Positions 1 to 12,260 of a stretch of 64,000 nucleotides of DNA are shown piece by piece. This stretch comes from Blepharisma stoltei ATCC 30299 (Eukaryota > Protista > Ciliophora). The position numbers and the translations under genes are program-made. The stretch's first letter is position 1. Each line of letters starts with the position of its first letter. Under the pieces are notes generated by a model, which saw only the letters and a list, made by a program, of their open reading frames with translations, did no database searches and had not been told where the DNA came from. The stretch is from NCBI GenBank assembly GCA_965603825.1, contig CBFDEM010000061.1:124001-188000 (forward strand), written 5' to 3'.

Positions 1-3000
1 CTGTTGATACTGGCAAGCAAGAAGTTCCATATCCATAAGGGCAGCTGTTAAGACAGACTGTGCCAACTAATTGGTAGCTTCCTGAACAAGTAGAGCACTC
101 AAAATACGTATTTTTCAAGCAAACCGAGCAAAGCATATCACAAATTTCACATGTCTCTGAAGAATATATCCACAAGCTATTTTGTGCACATGTGCAGCCA
201 CCAGTCCCATCAGGAACTGCATTTGTAATACAAGTCAAGCAGGAATTCGCCCCTGTGAACGCTGTGCAGGTGGCGCATTCTTTCATCTTGCATAATCTAC
301 AAGTATCAGAATTTCTGCATCCTTTCAAACAATTTGCTCTGCAATTTGTGCAGGCAGAACCATTAAAATATTGTGATAACGGACAGCCATCCAAGCAGGT
401 AAAATCAGCAGGGCATTTAGGGCAGCTATTACTGCATCCAACTGTTGTAAAATCGCTTAATGCGAATCCGCTTTGGCAGTAGATTTTTAATGTCCATAAA
501 AATCCAGAAAATCCTAAATCATAATGTCCAATATACATAGAGCCTGATTGGCTGTCTAAAAGATAAAGAGGAGTCGCTGTTGTTGCCGCAATTAAATTAG
601 CCCCATTAGTCCAAGTTTTTATCGTTGTTGTCCCAGCAGCATTAATTTTGCACTCAAACGATACAAAAAATCACCCCTGATTCAGCAGATAGGTAGTCCC
701 TATAACAGAAATCGTCGTTGTTGTGTCTGATAACAACAGAGAAAGCTTAGCATACCCTGAGTTTAAAATCTGTACAAACCATTGGGTTGTTGACACATAT
801 TTAGTTATCACAAGTCCAGCCGCAGTCGGTTTTATCCACATTCCAATTGAAAAAGTCGGAGCAAGCATAAAAGTTGTCTTTAAATAGGTATTGTAATCAA
901 AATAATACCCTCTCAAATATGCAGGATGAGGGTCGTTGGCATCATATGTAGGATATGTATTAACATTTGACAACCCTACGTTTACTCCTGAAATAGTGTC
1001 AAGGAGAATATTATTAGAAAAAGAAAGCCCATAAGTAGTAGAAGAAAGGGTACAAGAATTCGTGGCAGAGTTGGGAAGGTAGCCTCATGGGCATTCAGAT
1101 AAACACTGGATGTTTAAAAAATAAAAGCCACTTTTGCAGCTTGTGCATTGGTGGTAGCCACTTCCTGTACAAGTTTTGCAGCCAGTATAGCAGGCAGAGC
1201 AGATAGCTTGGTTTATAGGCTGATAAAAGCCAGGGTCACATGTACATGGAGTTCCAGAAGCATTAGAAATGCATAATGTGCAAGAATTAGATGCAAAAGA
1301 TGAGCATTGGGAGCATAAAAAATCGTCACAGATATAGCAAGATGTCCCTCTAGTACAGCCTATTGTGCATGACCCTAGACAGGTTTTACAAGTGCTTCCA
1401 TCATAATAATGAGCATAATCACATGGCCATAGAGTTGTGCCTGCACTTGTATATACAGTATAAGATGCTGAAAAATCTGTAACAGTCGTTCCTCATAGCT
1501 GAAAATAGCTAATAAATCCATTAAAATTTGGTGAGCCCTTTCCTATATATAAAGTTCCACCATCTGCTAATCTGAATACATAATCTGTGACTGTAACTGC
1601 AGTTCCAGCGACATTATTAATATATGGCGTTAAAGTTGTAGCTTTATTAGCAAAGCCAACTGAATAAGAAACATAGTTCCAGGTGTTTAAGGTTATAGAT
1701 TTTGATGCTGAGTTGCTTGCGGATGTCCCGTCTCATTTTTCTAAATCAAAATTAATAGTCCCACTTAAGCTGATAGTAAGCTTATTACTGCTATGGCTAA
1801 TTATAGTCCCTGAAACAGCAAAAACCCAAATCCCCATGCTCCAAGTATTAGAAAGATTTATAGACCCAGCTAAAAACTGGTTAGAATTAAAATAAAGGCC
1901 TCTATTTTTTGCTGGAAATGGGTCATCTATCTCAGGAGAGTTTCAATAATTATAGCTGCTAGAGCTTGTCCCAGTATTAAACACAGACCCATAAACTCCA
2001 GCAAAATTTCCTGTAAAATCTACGGTCAAAACCGCATAGCAAGAATTTCCGCAATTATACCACCCATAAGGATACCCATACAAGCAAACTCCTGCATTAT
2101 CAGGGACTCCAGTGCTACACGCAGTATTTGCCCAAGTCTGAGTGCAAGTTGTCCCTAAATGATCACAACAATAAGGAGGAAGTCCTGTATTGCATGAAGA
2201 GCAGCTCAATGGGTAATACCCTGAACAGGAATTACAGTCAGATAATAAGCAAACATTACAGATTGTCCCAGATATGCATCAAGGCCATGTAGGGCAGCTT
2301 CCATCACAGTTTACGCAAGAAGAGCCTGATAAATATTGGTTATCAATGCAATTAACAGTAGGAGTCACAGTTCCATGGGTAACTGTATAGTCAACTCGTA
2401 CCTGCAGCCAGTAAATGAACCCTCTAAATGAATTTCCTCCACTTATGTTTCCAAAAGTTCACGTGTAAGTCCCACTTGGGAAGATTATTTCATAGTTGGC
2501 TAAAGCTGCTGTTCCTATAGGGCTTCCATTCAGATAGAAAATTATATATGCTTGGGCGCAGGATGCCTGATTAAGGGCCACTGAAAGTTTCTGCCAAGAT
2601 GAATTATAAGCTGTAGTTGTCGCTCCAGTTGGTGAGACTTGAACCCCACTTGAATTATATATTAACATACTGCATTTGTAAACAGTCGTATCTGCTCATA
2701 TCCTAATATACGTAGCCGAGCTTATTTGGATATTTAAAATGTCTCCGCTTGCTAGAGGTTTTATTCATAAGTTCAAAAGGAAAAAAATACCTGGAATGTA
2801 GCTCTGGTTTGCAATCATGCTTGATGTAGTCGCAAAATAGAAGCCACGGTCAAAGGTAGGAAGAGGAGAGTTTTGTGTTGGAGATTTATATGAAATTCCT
2901 CCTGGATTAATAAATTTCTTATTAGAATCTGAAGAATCAGCTACATAAGTCAAAGTTAAATCTTTGACAGTTGATAGTTCCAATGTAAATAAGATTGCAT

Positions 3001-3205
3001 CATTTGCAGTAGCAGGCTTGCTGCAATAGTTTTCACATGAAGGGCAATTCAACTGATAATGAGAAAAAAGAGAAGGGCAGGTAGGTGCACATACCTTGGA
3101 ATCAACCATGTATTTTGAATTGTTACACACTGATCCTGTGCTATCATATGGACAAATTGGTAGGCTCAACACAATTTTGGCGATAAAAATAAGCATCAAA
3201 TCCAT
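1..3205 (-). CDS. Copy A (5' part; 3' end runs off window): giant Cys-rich/LamG-repeat surface receptor, LamG modules 1-3 visible
   Basis: ATG at 3205 gives the signal-peptide-like MDLMLIFIAKIVLSL. Track ORFs 2765-3205, 2459-2668, 1943-2209 and 671-973 are all in one phase and end at TGA. CxxC repeats and LamG motifs are present (FSIGMWIKP, WQKLSV, FYLNG). The module motif DP.PAY.RGYYF is present. Confidence 0.85.
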
Positions 3206-3763
3206 TTTATAAAGGATAGTAAGGCATTGATTTGAAAGATTTAGTAGGTTTATAATTAAACTATTAATTTAGAAGAAAATTAGAAAGCTATAGTTTTCTT
3301 ATGACTTAACAGAAGGAATTTTTAAGATATGAATTTATAATTTCCTTGGCCAGAAAATGTAATTTTAAATAATTTTAAGATTTTGAAGAATTTTCTTATT
3401 TTTTGCTCAAATATCTTAATTTTTAATACAGCTTCTATAGAGAATAAAATAAAAATCATAAGAAATAGATATATTGATAGCTCAAATGAACTCATAAGGA
3501 TTTAGCTTTAAATAATTATTTTTAATAAGCATTTATAATTTATATAATGATATTTTATAATTCAAGAATAATTTTATCATATTTATAGGACGTATAGACT
3601 ATTTATTTATTAATCTATAAATAATAATGAGAATTTAATACTGATAATTTTCTCAGATCCATATCTTAAAACAGAAATATTTATAATAAATATACTAATT
3701 TAAATTTTTATTAGAGAATTTTAAAACTTTTAAATGCTCAAAGCCTCTTATTCTGCTTAATTA

Positions 3764-6700
3764 TTATAATTCAATTTTTCTAACTTGATTATATTGCGGA
3801 TTATTGATTTTTTTGACAATTCCTGGCTTCACAAACTTTCTTTTTATAGTTTGGTATAAAGTTTTAGAAAAAATAATTATTGAAGAAATTGTTTGAATTG
3901 CTATAATAGCTATAACAATTATGATAATAGAATCCTCGATCCCTTCTATAGCTTCTTGCCCAAAATTAAATAAATAAGCCGTTGTAGCGCTCATTATTAA
4001 GAAAATCAATATTTCAGTAATTAAATTGGTCACTTGTAAAATTTGATTTTTAAAGGGCCAGCACAAAGCTAAGTACATCATAGTTAAAAAGGAAAGAACA
4101 ATATTCACAGTCACTTCGGTCTGTGGATAATCTCTCAAGCAAACCGAGTTTATTATATAAACTAGCCTTCTAGCAAAAAATAGAAAATAGTATTGGGTTG
4201 ATACAAATCCTTTATCTGTTCGAAACTCATAAAAAAAAGTGCTAAACGAGGCAAAAAATGCTTTCTCACGGGCTTCAATGCGGAATTTATTTTTATAAGA
4301 CAACAAAAAATATACACTTGGAGTAGCTAGTAGTAATAGGCAAATAGCTAAGCACAAAGCAAAATTTGCAATTTGTGTAATATTACTAAATTCAATAATT
4401 GTAAGTCCGATTAATGCAGCTGCTCCTAACTCAAGATAGCATTGGATCCAAAACCTTAAATAAAAGGCATATTGATAATCTTTCAATCTTTTTGTAAATT
4501 TATTGCCTATCCATCTATTAGTGCATCGTGAAAAATATAAAATTAAAGGTAGAGCTGCAATTGAGCCTAAAAGCAATGTAAAATCATTTCCTTGATTTAT
4601 TAGGATTAGATTAGTATCAAATCCAAATTCTTCAGCTTGAGAGTATGGAGTATTTCCTTTGTTTTTATCTATAAAGTATGGGAAAACGTTAGGGAATAAA
4701 TTAAAAGAATTCAAATTATTCAAAAATGACCTCATTTTGCTTGAAAAAGGGATCCCTGATAAAGTCATGTAGCTCAGAATTTGCAAAGTGTTCATCAGGC
4801 TTCATAAAGAGCTTGGACTTGAATTTATAATTGATAAAGAAGCTATTACAGATACAGTTGTTTGAGATGCTGCTTGAGATTGATGTGAAACTGAATCTGT
4901 AACTGGTGAATATGATGCTGGGTCATATGAATTTAAGCTTGATGATATCTCTGATGATTTTAAGATGCCATTTGATACCGAGATCACTTTTGATAGATCT
5001 AAGAACTCAATAATAACTAAAGTACCTTTGGAAATTTTTTTAGATATTGCTAAAGAAATGTAATAGCAGGTACTATTCTTTTTTTCTAATTTATATGAAA
5101 TTTCTCCTTGATTTTCAATTCTTATAATAAAATCTGAATCAGTGAGATTTTTTGCTAGACTTTCAGAAAAAGTCAGATATAAAGAGTTATCAGCCAAAAC
5201 TGTAATTTTTGCTGAAAAATAGGCTACTATACAATTCGATGTTCCATTGTAGCCTAAGTGGCAATAGCATAGATCATTTTTAAGGCTGGCATTACTTGAA
5301 CAAGCTGTGCATTTTGTAAGAGACTCACAAGATGAGCATAAATTTGGACATTTATGATAGTGTCCATCCTCCCCTTTGAATCCGCCAGATTTAATTGGAA
5401 TACATGTATTACTTTGGGTGTCATCGAGCACATATTTATCATCACAGGCACATGAATCAGGGTTAATAGCGTGTTCTTTACAAGCTTCACAGCTTGAATA
5501 ATCACTACAGGATTCACATAATAAATTATCGCAAAGCGAACAAGTATCTCGTCAGTCTCTGCAACTTTTTGTACATTTAATATTACAGGTATAGCATTTG
5601 TTATAGGCTGGGCCGCTTCAATATTCTTTTATTTTGCAGTTAGGTATGCATACTTGGCTGATAGGACAAACACTGCAGCTTTCAGTACAAGATGTAGTTG
5701 ATAGGCTTGATATAGGTTTTAGTGCATTAAAAATCTGAATAGTATAAATAAAGCCTTGATAATAATTATAAACTGCTGAAGAGCTAATTTGAGCTCCTAT
5801 AGTCATTGTGGTATGAGGAACTATATCATTAAAAGTTCCATATCCTGTCGTCGTAGAAGAGTCAAATAACCCATTTACATAGCTTGAAATTATATTAGAG
5901 CTACTGTTCATTTTCAAAGTAAATACAATATGGCTCCATTCATTATTACTAAGTGATGCTTGCGACATATAAAAAAACGCAGCTGAGTTTATTAAAAGAG
6001 AAAATGCTGGCTTGCCTGCTATTAAAGAAATATAGTAAAGCTTTGAGTAATTGTCAGAAACATCGTGCTTTGAAATTATAGTAGAATAAGATGTTTCAGT
6101 GTTAAGCCATATAGAAATAGTGAAGGTAGGGGCTATAACCAGTTTTGGCGATACATAGGTTGAGTACTCTGGCATCCTTAAAATTGAAGATTCCCCATTA
6201 AAATAGAAACCTCTTAGGTAAGCAGGGATAGGGTCATCGGCTTCATAGTCTGGATAAAATTTTTTTGTTGATCCAGTTACAACTGGGATTGAACTAGCTT
6301 TATCATAAACTACTCCATTCAGAGTATTCAAATTTAAATCAAATATTTTTTCTTGAGAAAATATACACACACCTGCTGATGAAGAAGTATATCCTGATGG
6401 ACAGCTTGATGAGCAAAATCCTAAAATCATATAATATCCACTATAGCACGTCAAACAGTCATACCAATTAGGAGACGTACAGGATTTGCATGATGTATCG
6501 CATAGCTCACAATTTTCATTACTATCATTCCAATAATACCCAGAATTACATTGGCAGCTTGTCCCTATTAAACTTGCATTTGTTTTGCAGTTATTGCAAG
6601 TACTTGTATAGTCGTCGCATTTTTCACATATGACATCCTGGCAAAGGTTACAATTTAAATCATTTCTTACACAGCCTTTTCTTGAGCATCCAGTTAAGCA

Positions 6701-9700
6701 GGTTATGCAGCTGCTACCATTCCAATAGCTGTCTATTAAGCAGCTATCCAGACAAGTATTAGCATTATCAATTGGGCATAATGAACAAGCATTGCAAGTA
6801 CTTGACACTAAAGCACTTGATGGAATATCATTATATATTTTAAGATCCCATAAGAAGCCTTTGAAAAATGAAAAAAATGCAGAAGCATTTAGGTATCTAG
6901 CACCAATTGTAATTAAAAACGAATTTTGTAAATCAATAAATCAGCTGGAAGGCAAGCTGCTTGAAAAATCTGAATTTGAGTTTGTTTGTATGCTAATGGT
7001 TTGCTGAGGGGTAGTTCCACTTATACTAGACTTTATGAAAAGAAAATTCCATTGTAAAAGAGTTACTTCTAATAGTGGATTGGAGCTTGTGTAGGTTATG
7101 GTAGTTGAATCTTGTAGGGTCAAAGCTAGTGATGGCATTTTTCCTGTGAACTCAAAACTGACATATTTTTTAAATGTCCCACCGCTGATTTGCCCTTTAG
7201 AAAAAATAGTCCCAGTACTTGATATTGGCTTTATTCAGGTTGTCATCACAAACTTTGGAGAAAAAGTAAACAACGGTGATGAAGTATCTGTGTAGTGGGG
7301 CAGCTGCATATAAGATGACCCAGTAAAATAATACCCTCTATAAATAGTAGCTATAGGGTCTGTTGTATCATAATTTGGATAAAAATTATTATCTTTGCCT
7401 GTAAGGACTGGAATACTTGATGCTAAATCTGTCACAATGTCTTTTATTTGATGAGGCATCAGATTAAACACTAAAAAATTCGCATAGCCAGGAGCTCTGT
7501 CACAATTGCTGCCATTTATAACATATCCAGTAGGGCAAAATGGCATGCATAAAGATTGAATAAGATAATACCCTGATATACAAGTAAGGCAGCCATCAAA
7601 TTGAACTGTAGAACAATTATCACAAATAGGATCACAAAGTTCGCAGGTTTTTGAACTCGAAATCCACCCAGTTCCAGCAACACATTTGCAATGTCCGCTT
7701 ACTTTAGCAGCATTTGCAATACAACTGGTGCATTCCTCTGTAAAACTATCACAAGCCTCACATTCTTTATCTCTGCAAAGACTGCATGATAAATTATCAA
7801 CACATCCTTTATCACATCCTGATAAGCAAGAACTGCAGCTATCTGGATATGAATTAAAGGCGCATTCACTTAAGCATTGAAAATTTGATGGACATGCAGA
7901 ACACCCAGAGCTGCATGAAGAAGTTTTATAGTCATCAGCCTGGCGGCTATAAGAGTTATATATCATGACTCTAGATAAAAATCCTTCAAACCCAATAGAG
8001 CCTAGTCGTTGGTTATTTCCGACAAAAAGCTCTCCTAAGTTGACGTCTTCAAAGTATATTGAAGTTGATGTTGTATAAGAATTTATAAGTGCAGTATTAA
8101 TATAGAGATTTAAAAGCGTTTTTCCATTACTTTGGATTTGCCCTGTAAAGCTTAAAAAATGTCAGCTGTTAAATGTGCTAGTAGAAGTAGATAAGGTGGC
8201 TGATGAGGAGTCAGAAAGGATTATCAATAAAGATGGATGTCCTGAAGTGTCTATAGAAATTGTAAGAATAGGACTGTTAAGGTGGTGTTTTGACAAAATA
8301 TTCCCAGCCACAATTGGTTTCACTCATATAGAAATTGCAAAGGCTGGTGCAATCATAACTGACGACACAACATAGCTGTTTCCATTAAAATAATAGCCTC
8401 GTTTGTAAGAAGGAATTGGATCATTGGCATCAGTCCACATAGGATAAGTATTGGCGATGTCCCAGCCTACATCAAATCCAGAAACAGTATTAAGACGGAT
8501 ATTATCAGTTAAATCAAGGTTAATTCCATAATCTACCAAATAATCACAAGTATTTGACCCTTTGTTATACCCAGATGGGCAGTCATTTAAGCATTGCCCA
8601 GTTGGAGAAAAAAAGTAAAACCCTATATTGCAAGCGCTGCATTTGTTATAAGCTGTATCTGTGCAATGAGAGCACCTGCTTGAGCATGCTACACATGAAG
8701 ATCCATCAGAAGAGGTCATAAATCCTGCAATGCATGTGCATGGAGTTCCAATTGCATTGTAAACACATTGGGTGCATTTTCCTGATCCAAAACCACTACA
8801 AATTGAGCATAATGAATCTTCACAAATATTGCAATTTAGTGTTCTAACACATCCTTTGCTGCAGGAATTGCAGGATAAATAAGAAGATCCGCTTCAATAA
8901 TGAGACAAATCGCAAGACCATAAGCAGGCATGCCCTGATCCACACACAGCATTAATATAGCTTGAAAAAGAGCTGATTGGTGCATTTCAAAGCTGAAAAG
9001 AGTTAATAAACCCTTTAAACCCGGACGAGCTGCTTTTGCCAATCATTAAGTTTGTGGAAGCAAGGTCTCTATAAATATAATTTGAAATAGGTAGAGTTGA
9101 AACTATAGCATTGTTGACATAGATTGTGATAGTTGTACTACCAGATAAATATTCAAAAGTAACTGACAAATAATTCCAATCAGCAAGCGTTGTGCCTAAA
9201 GTCAATGTTTTAGAAGCCGTAGCTTGAGTAGGATCTTCCATAATAGCTGTAATTCCTGATGATGACAAAATAAGCTGAGTTTGTTTTTCTAATATATCGC
9301 CACTCGCTGTTACATATAGCCATAATCCAATAGAAAAACTATGATAAAGGAGTACCGATGTAGATGATAAAAGATAAGCACTCCCATCAAAATATAAGCC
9401 TCTCATATAGGCAGGAATAGGGTCAACTGATTCTGGAGTGTTAAAAAACTGAAAAGATGATGAACTGGCTCCTGCTGTCAAAACTCCATACGAGCCTTGA
9501 AAATCTACATTGAAAGACTCATCTATCACAGGGGTCGTTGCAGGCAAACAAGACCCTCCAAACCCATAAGGACAGCCATTTAGACAGACATTTCCAACTA
9601 ATTGATAGCTCCCTGTACAAGTTGAGCACTCAAAATAAGCTGTTTTTAAGCAATTTGAACAAATCACATCGCACTTTTCACATGATTGAGTTAAAGATAC

Positions 9701-11287
9701 CAAAAATGCATATGTATCGCAAGTGCATCCTCCATTTCCATCGCTAACGGCATTCGTAATGCAAGTCAAACATGAATCTGTCCCTATGAATGCTGTGCAT
9801 GTAGCACATTCTTTAGTCTTACATAAACTGCAAGTGCCTGAGCTTACACATCCTTTATCACAGCTTGCCATACAGTCTAAGTAAGATGAACCATATATAT
9901 ATTTATTTAATGGGCAATCACTTGGACAACTCAGGTCATTTGAGCATTTTGTGCAGGGTGATGTGCATCCTACTGTTCTCCATTCGCTTAAGTGTCAGCC
10001 ATTTGAGTTATAAATATTCAATTTCCATAAAAAGCCTGTAAAGCCTAAGCTGTCGTGCCCTACATATATATTTCCTGAAACACTGTCTTGTATATACATT
10101 GCAGTCGACGTTGTAAAAGATTGTAAGAGTGATCCATCAATATAAGAGCTTATTGTTGTGGTCCCGTCAGTATTAATATAGCCGTCAAATGAAACAAAGA
10201 ATCATCCGTTTAGAACATTAGAACCTCCTGTTACTGAAATCCTAGTTGATGAATCTGACATAAGAAGGGATAGCTTAGGATATCCTGAGGACAAAATTTC
10301 TACAACCCATTGGTATGTTGGTATAGGCTTAACTAGAACTATTCCTGCCGCCAGAGTCTTTAACCATATAGCAATTGAATATGAGGGAGAAAGCATAAGA
10401 GGCGATGTTAAATAGCTATCAGATCTAAAGTAGTAGCCACTCCATTTGGCTGGATAAGGATCGTTTGCATCATAAGTTGGATAAGTATTAGTAATTGAAT
10501 TTCCTACAGAAATTCCATCTATTATATCAAGAATAATCTGATTTCTTAAAACCACATCAAGCGTAACAAGAAAGTTTAAATCGCAGGCATTTGTGCCTGT
10601 ATTTTGTAAATATCCTGTAGGGCAATATGACAAACATAATATGTTTTGGTATGAGAAAGAGCCAGAACCACAGGTTATGCAATAAACTTGTGTTATGAGA
10701 CCAGCTATAGTAATTAGCTGAAAATTGAGCTTGGCGTCTCTATTTGCTAAATCTAGAATTTTACAAGTAAATAGAATCAGAAATGCATAAAACACAATTA
10801 AAAAATAAGGTGCATTAAAAATTTCTGAGAAAATCTTTGTCCTTGATATATAAGAATTTGAAGCTTTTTCTCAAGCAAGTGGATTTATTGATAAAACCCA
10901 CTTAAAATAATCATAAAGTGTAAATTTTTGGTTTTCTATTATGCTTGAGTCTGCATCAAAATAAAATAATTGATTAGTAGATGATATCAGGAATCGTTGA
11001 GTGCAAGATGAAGCAGGTATTGGGACAAGCAACAATTGTGGAGAATAATTTGAATTTGAGAATTTTTTTGCTGCTAAATCTTGAACAATTGAAAAATTAA
11101 ATTCAAGTGAATTAGCCTTATCTTCGCTAACTATTGTGGATAAGCCAAAGCTAATATTCGCGTCTAATCAACACAAAAGGGAGTGAAGACAAAAGTAGCT
11201 AGAATTTATTCCTCAATTATAGCTGCCGTGCAGACTAAGTAGTCAGATGAATACAGCCTTGGAGATAATAATCAGAATAAAATTCAT
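3764..11287 (-). CDS. Copy B, ~2507 aa: N-terminal leader + 5 LamG modules (3-7) with furin-like Cys-rich spacers + stalk + multi-pass TM domain
   Basis: Eight track ORFs from 3764 to 10795 are in phase and the internal ones end at TGA. The frame stays open upstream to ATG 11287 (MNFILIIISKAVFIW..) and ends in TAA TAA. LamG_3-like motifs: FTISIWLN, WSHIVFT, SYVNG, TIGAQ, YQGFIYTIQIFN. Confidence 0.85.
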
Positions 11288-12260
11288 TACATCATTATGC
11301 TATGATGGCGAAACAAATCAATATTAGATATTAAGAATTAAAAATACTTATTGAAGAAATATTTTGATCTAAGAATTATAAATACCTAAAATATAAAATC
11401 CACACGTCAGTGCTTGAACCCATCACCTAAAAATGCAATGCGTTCGAAAATTTGCCTAAAAAGATAACACTTAGGAATATAATTTCTCGAAGTCTTCCTT
11501 AATTAACTTGGAACTTTGGTACTTGGAATTTTTAATTCAAATTATATAATTTAAAATCGCAAATCTTATAAAGGGTAGTTTCCTTACTTAGACAATTGAG
11601 AGAAGTCATTGATTTCTTGAGGGCCCAAGACCGGAATAGACACTGTTTATTAGCAACAACTTTAGACAGAGACTTGGCTGGACTTCAAGTTGCTATTTGA
11701 ATAGAATAGGCTAGCTAAATAATTTTAGAAATAAAAGCCAGATTAAAAACATTAGTAAATATAAAAAATGGCAAATTTGAATTAAAGAAATTAAAAAAAA
11801 CTAGAAATTATATTTAAGTCCACTAATCTTCTAGAATCAGGAAATAATTTAAAGATATATTTCCTATATTTTGCTTTCCTATTTAGCAACATTTACTTCG
11901 ATTATTTCATTCCAGTTGTTCAAATTAAAGTATTAAATAAATATATATGCTGACTTTAAATAATTTTATCTTTAATTTTCAAAATTTTTAAAAAAAGTTG
12001 AAGCTAGTCTGCCTATGGAAGAAATAATTATTTTTAAGTATTCTCATTTTAACCATTTTAAGTTCAATGAGTATTAAAAAATTCAAAAATAAAAGCCTGA
12101 AATTAAAATATAAATTTTATTAGATCTCAACAGATTATTTTTTGCTTTTAAGTTCAAACATTTAAAACCTATGTTTTATCGGTTTTCAACGAAAAATAAT
12201 TATCATTATAGTTAAATTATAAAACTTTTAAATATTAAAGCTTCTCATACTAAATTCTAC

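Noticed and set aside
192-482. Antisense ORFs (192-482, 16013-16309, 22031-22453, 28322-28603, 28655-29023, 34701-34976, 62792-63067, etc.)
   Set aside because: They are shadows of Cys/Ser/Thr-rich sense codons (Q/H/L/V-rich translations), and their ends vary between paralogs.
8836-9042. Recurrent alternative-frame ORFs (MAKAARPGLKG.. in 5 copies; MNPVVIIQAVK.. in 5 copies)
   Set aside because: Recurrence is explained by paralogy of the main frame, and there is no independent sign of coding.
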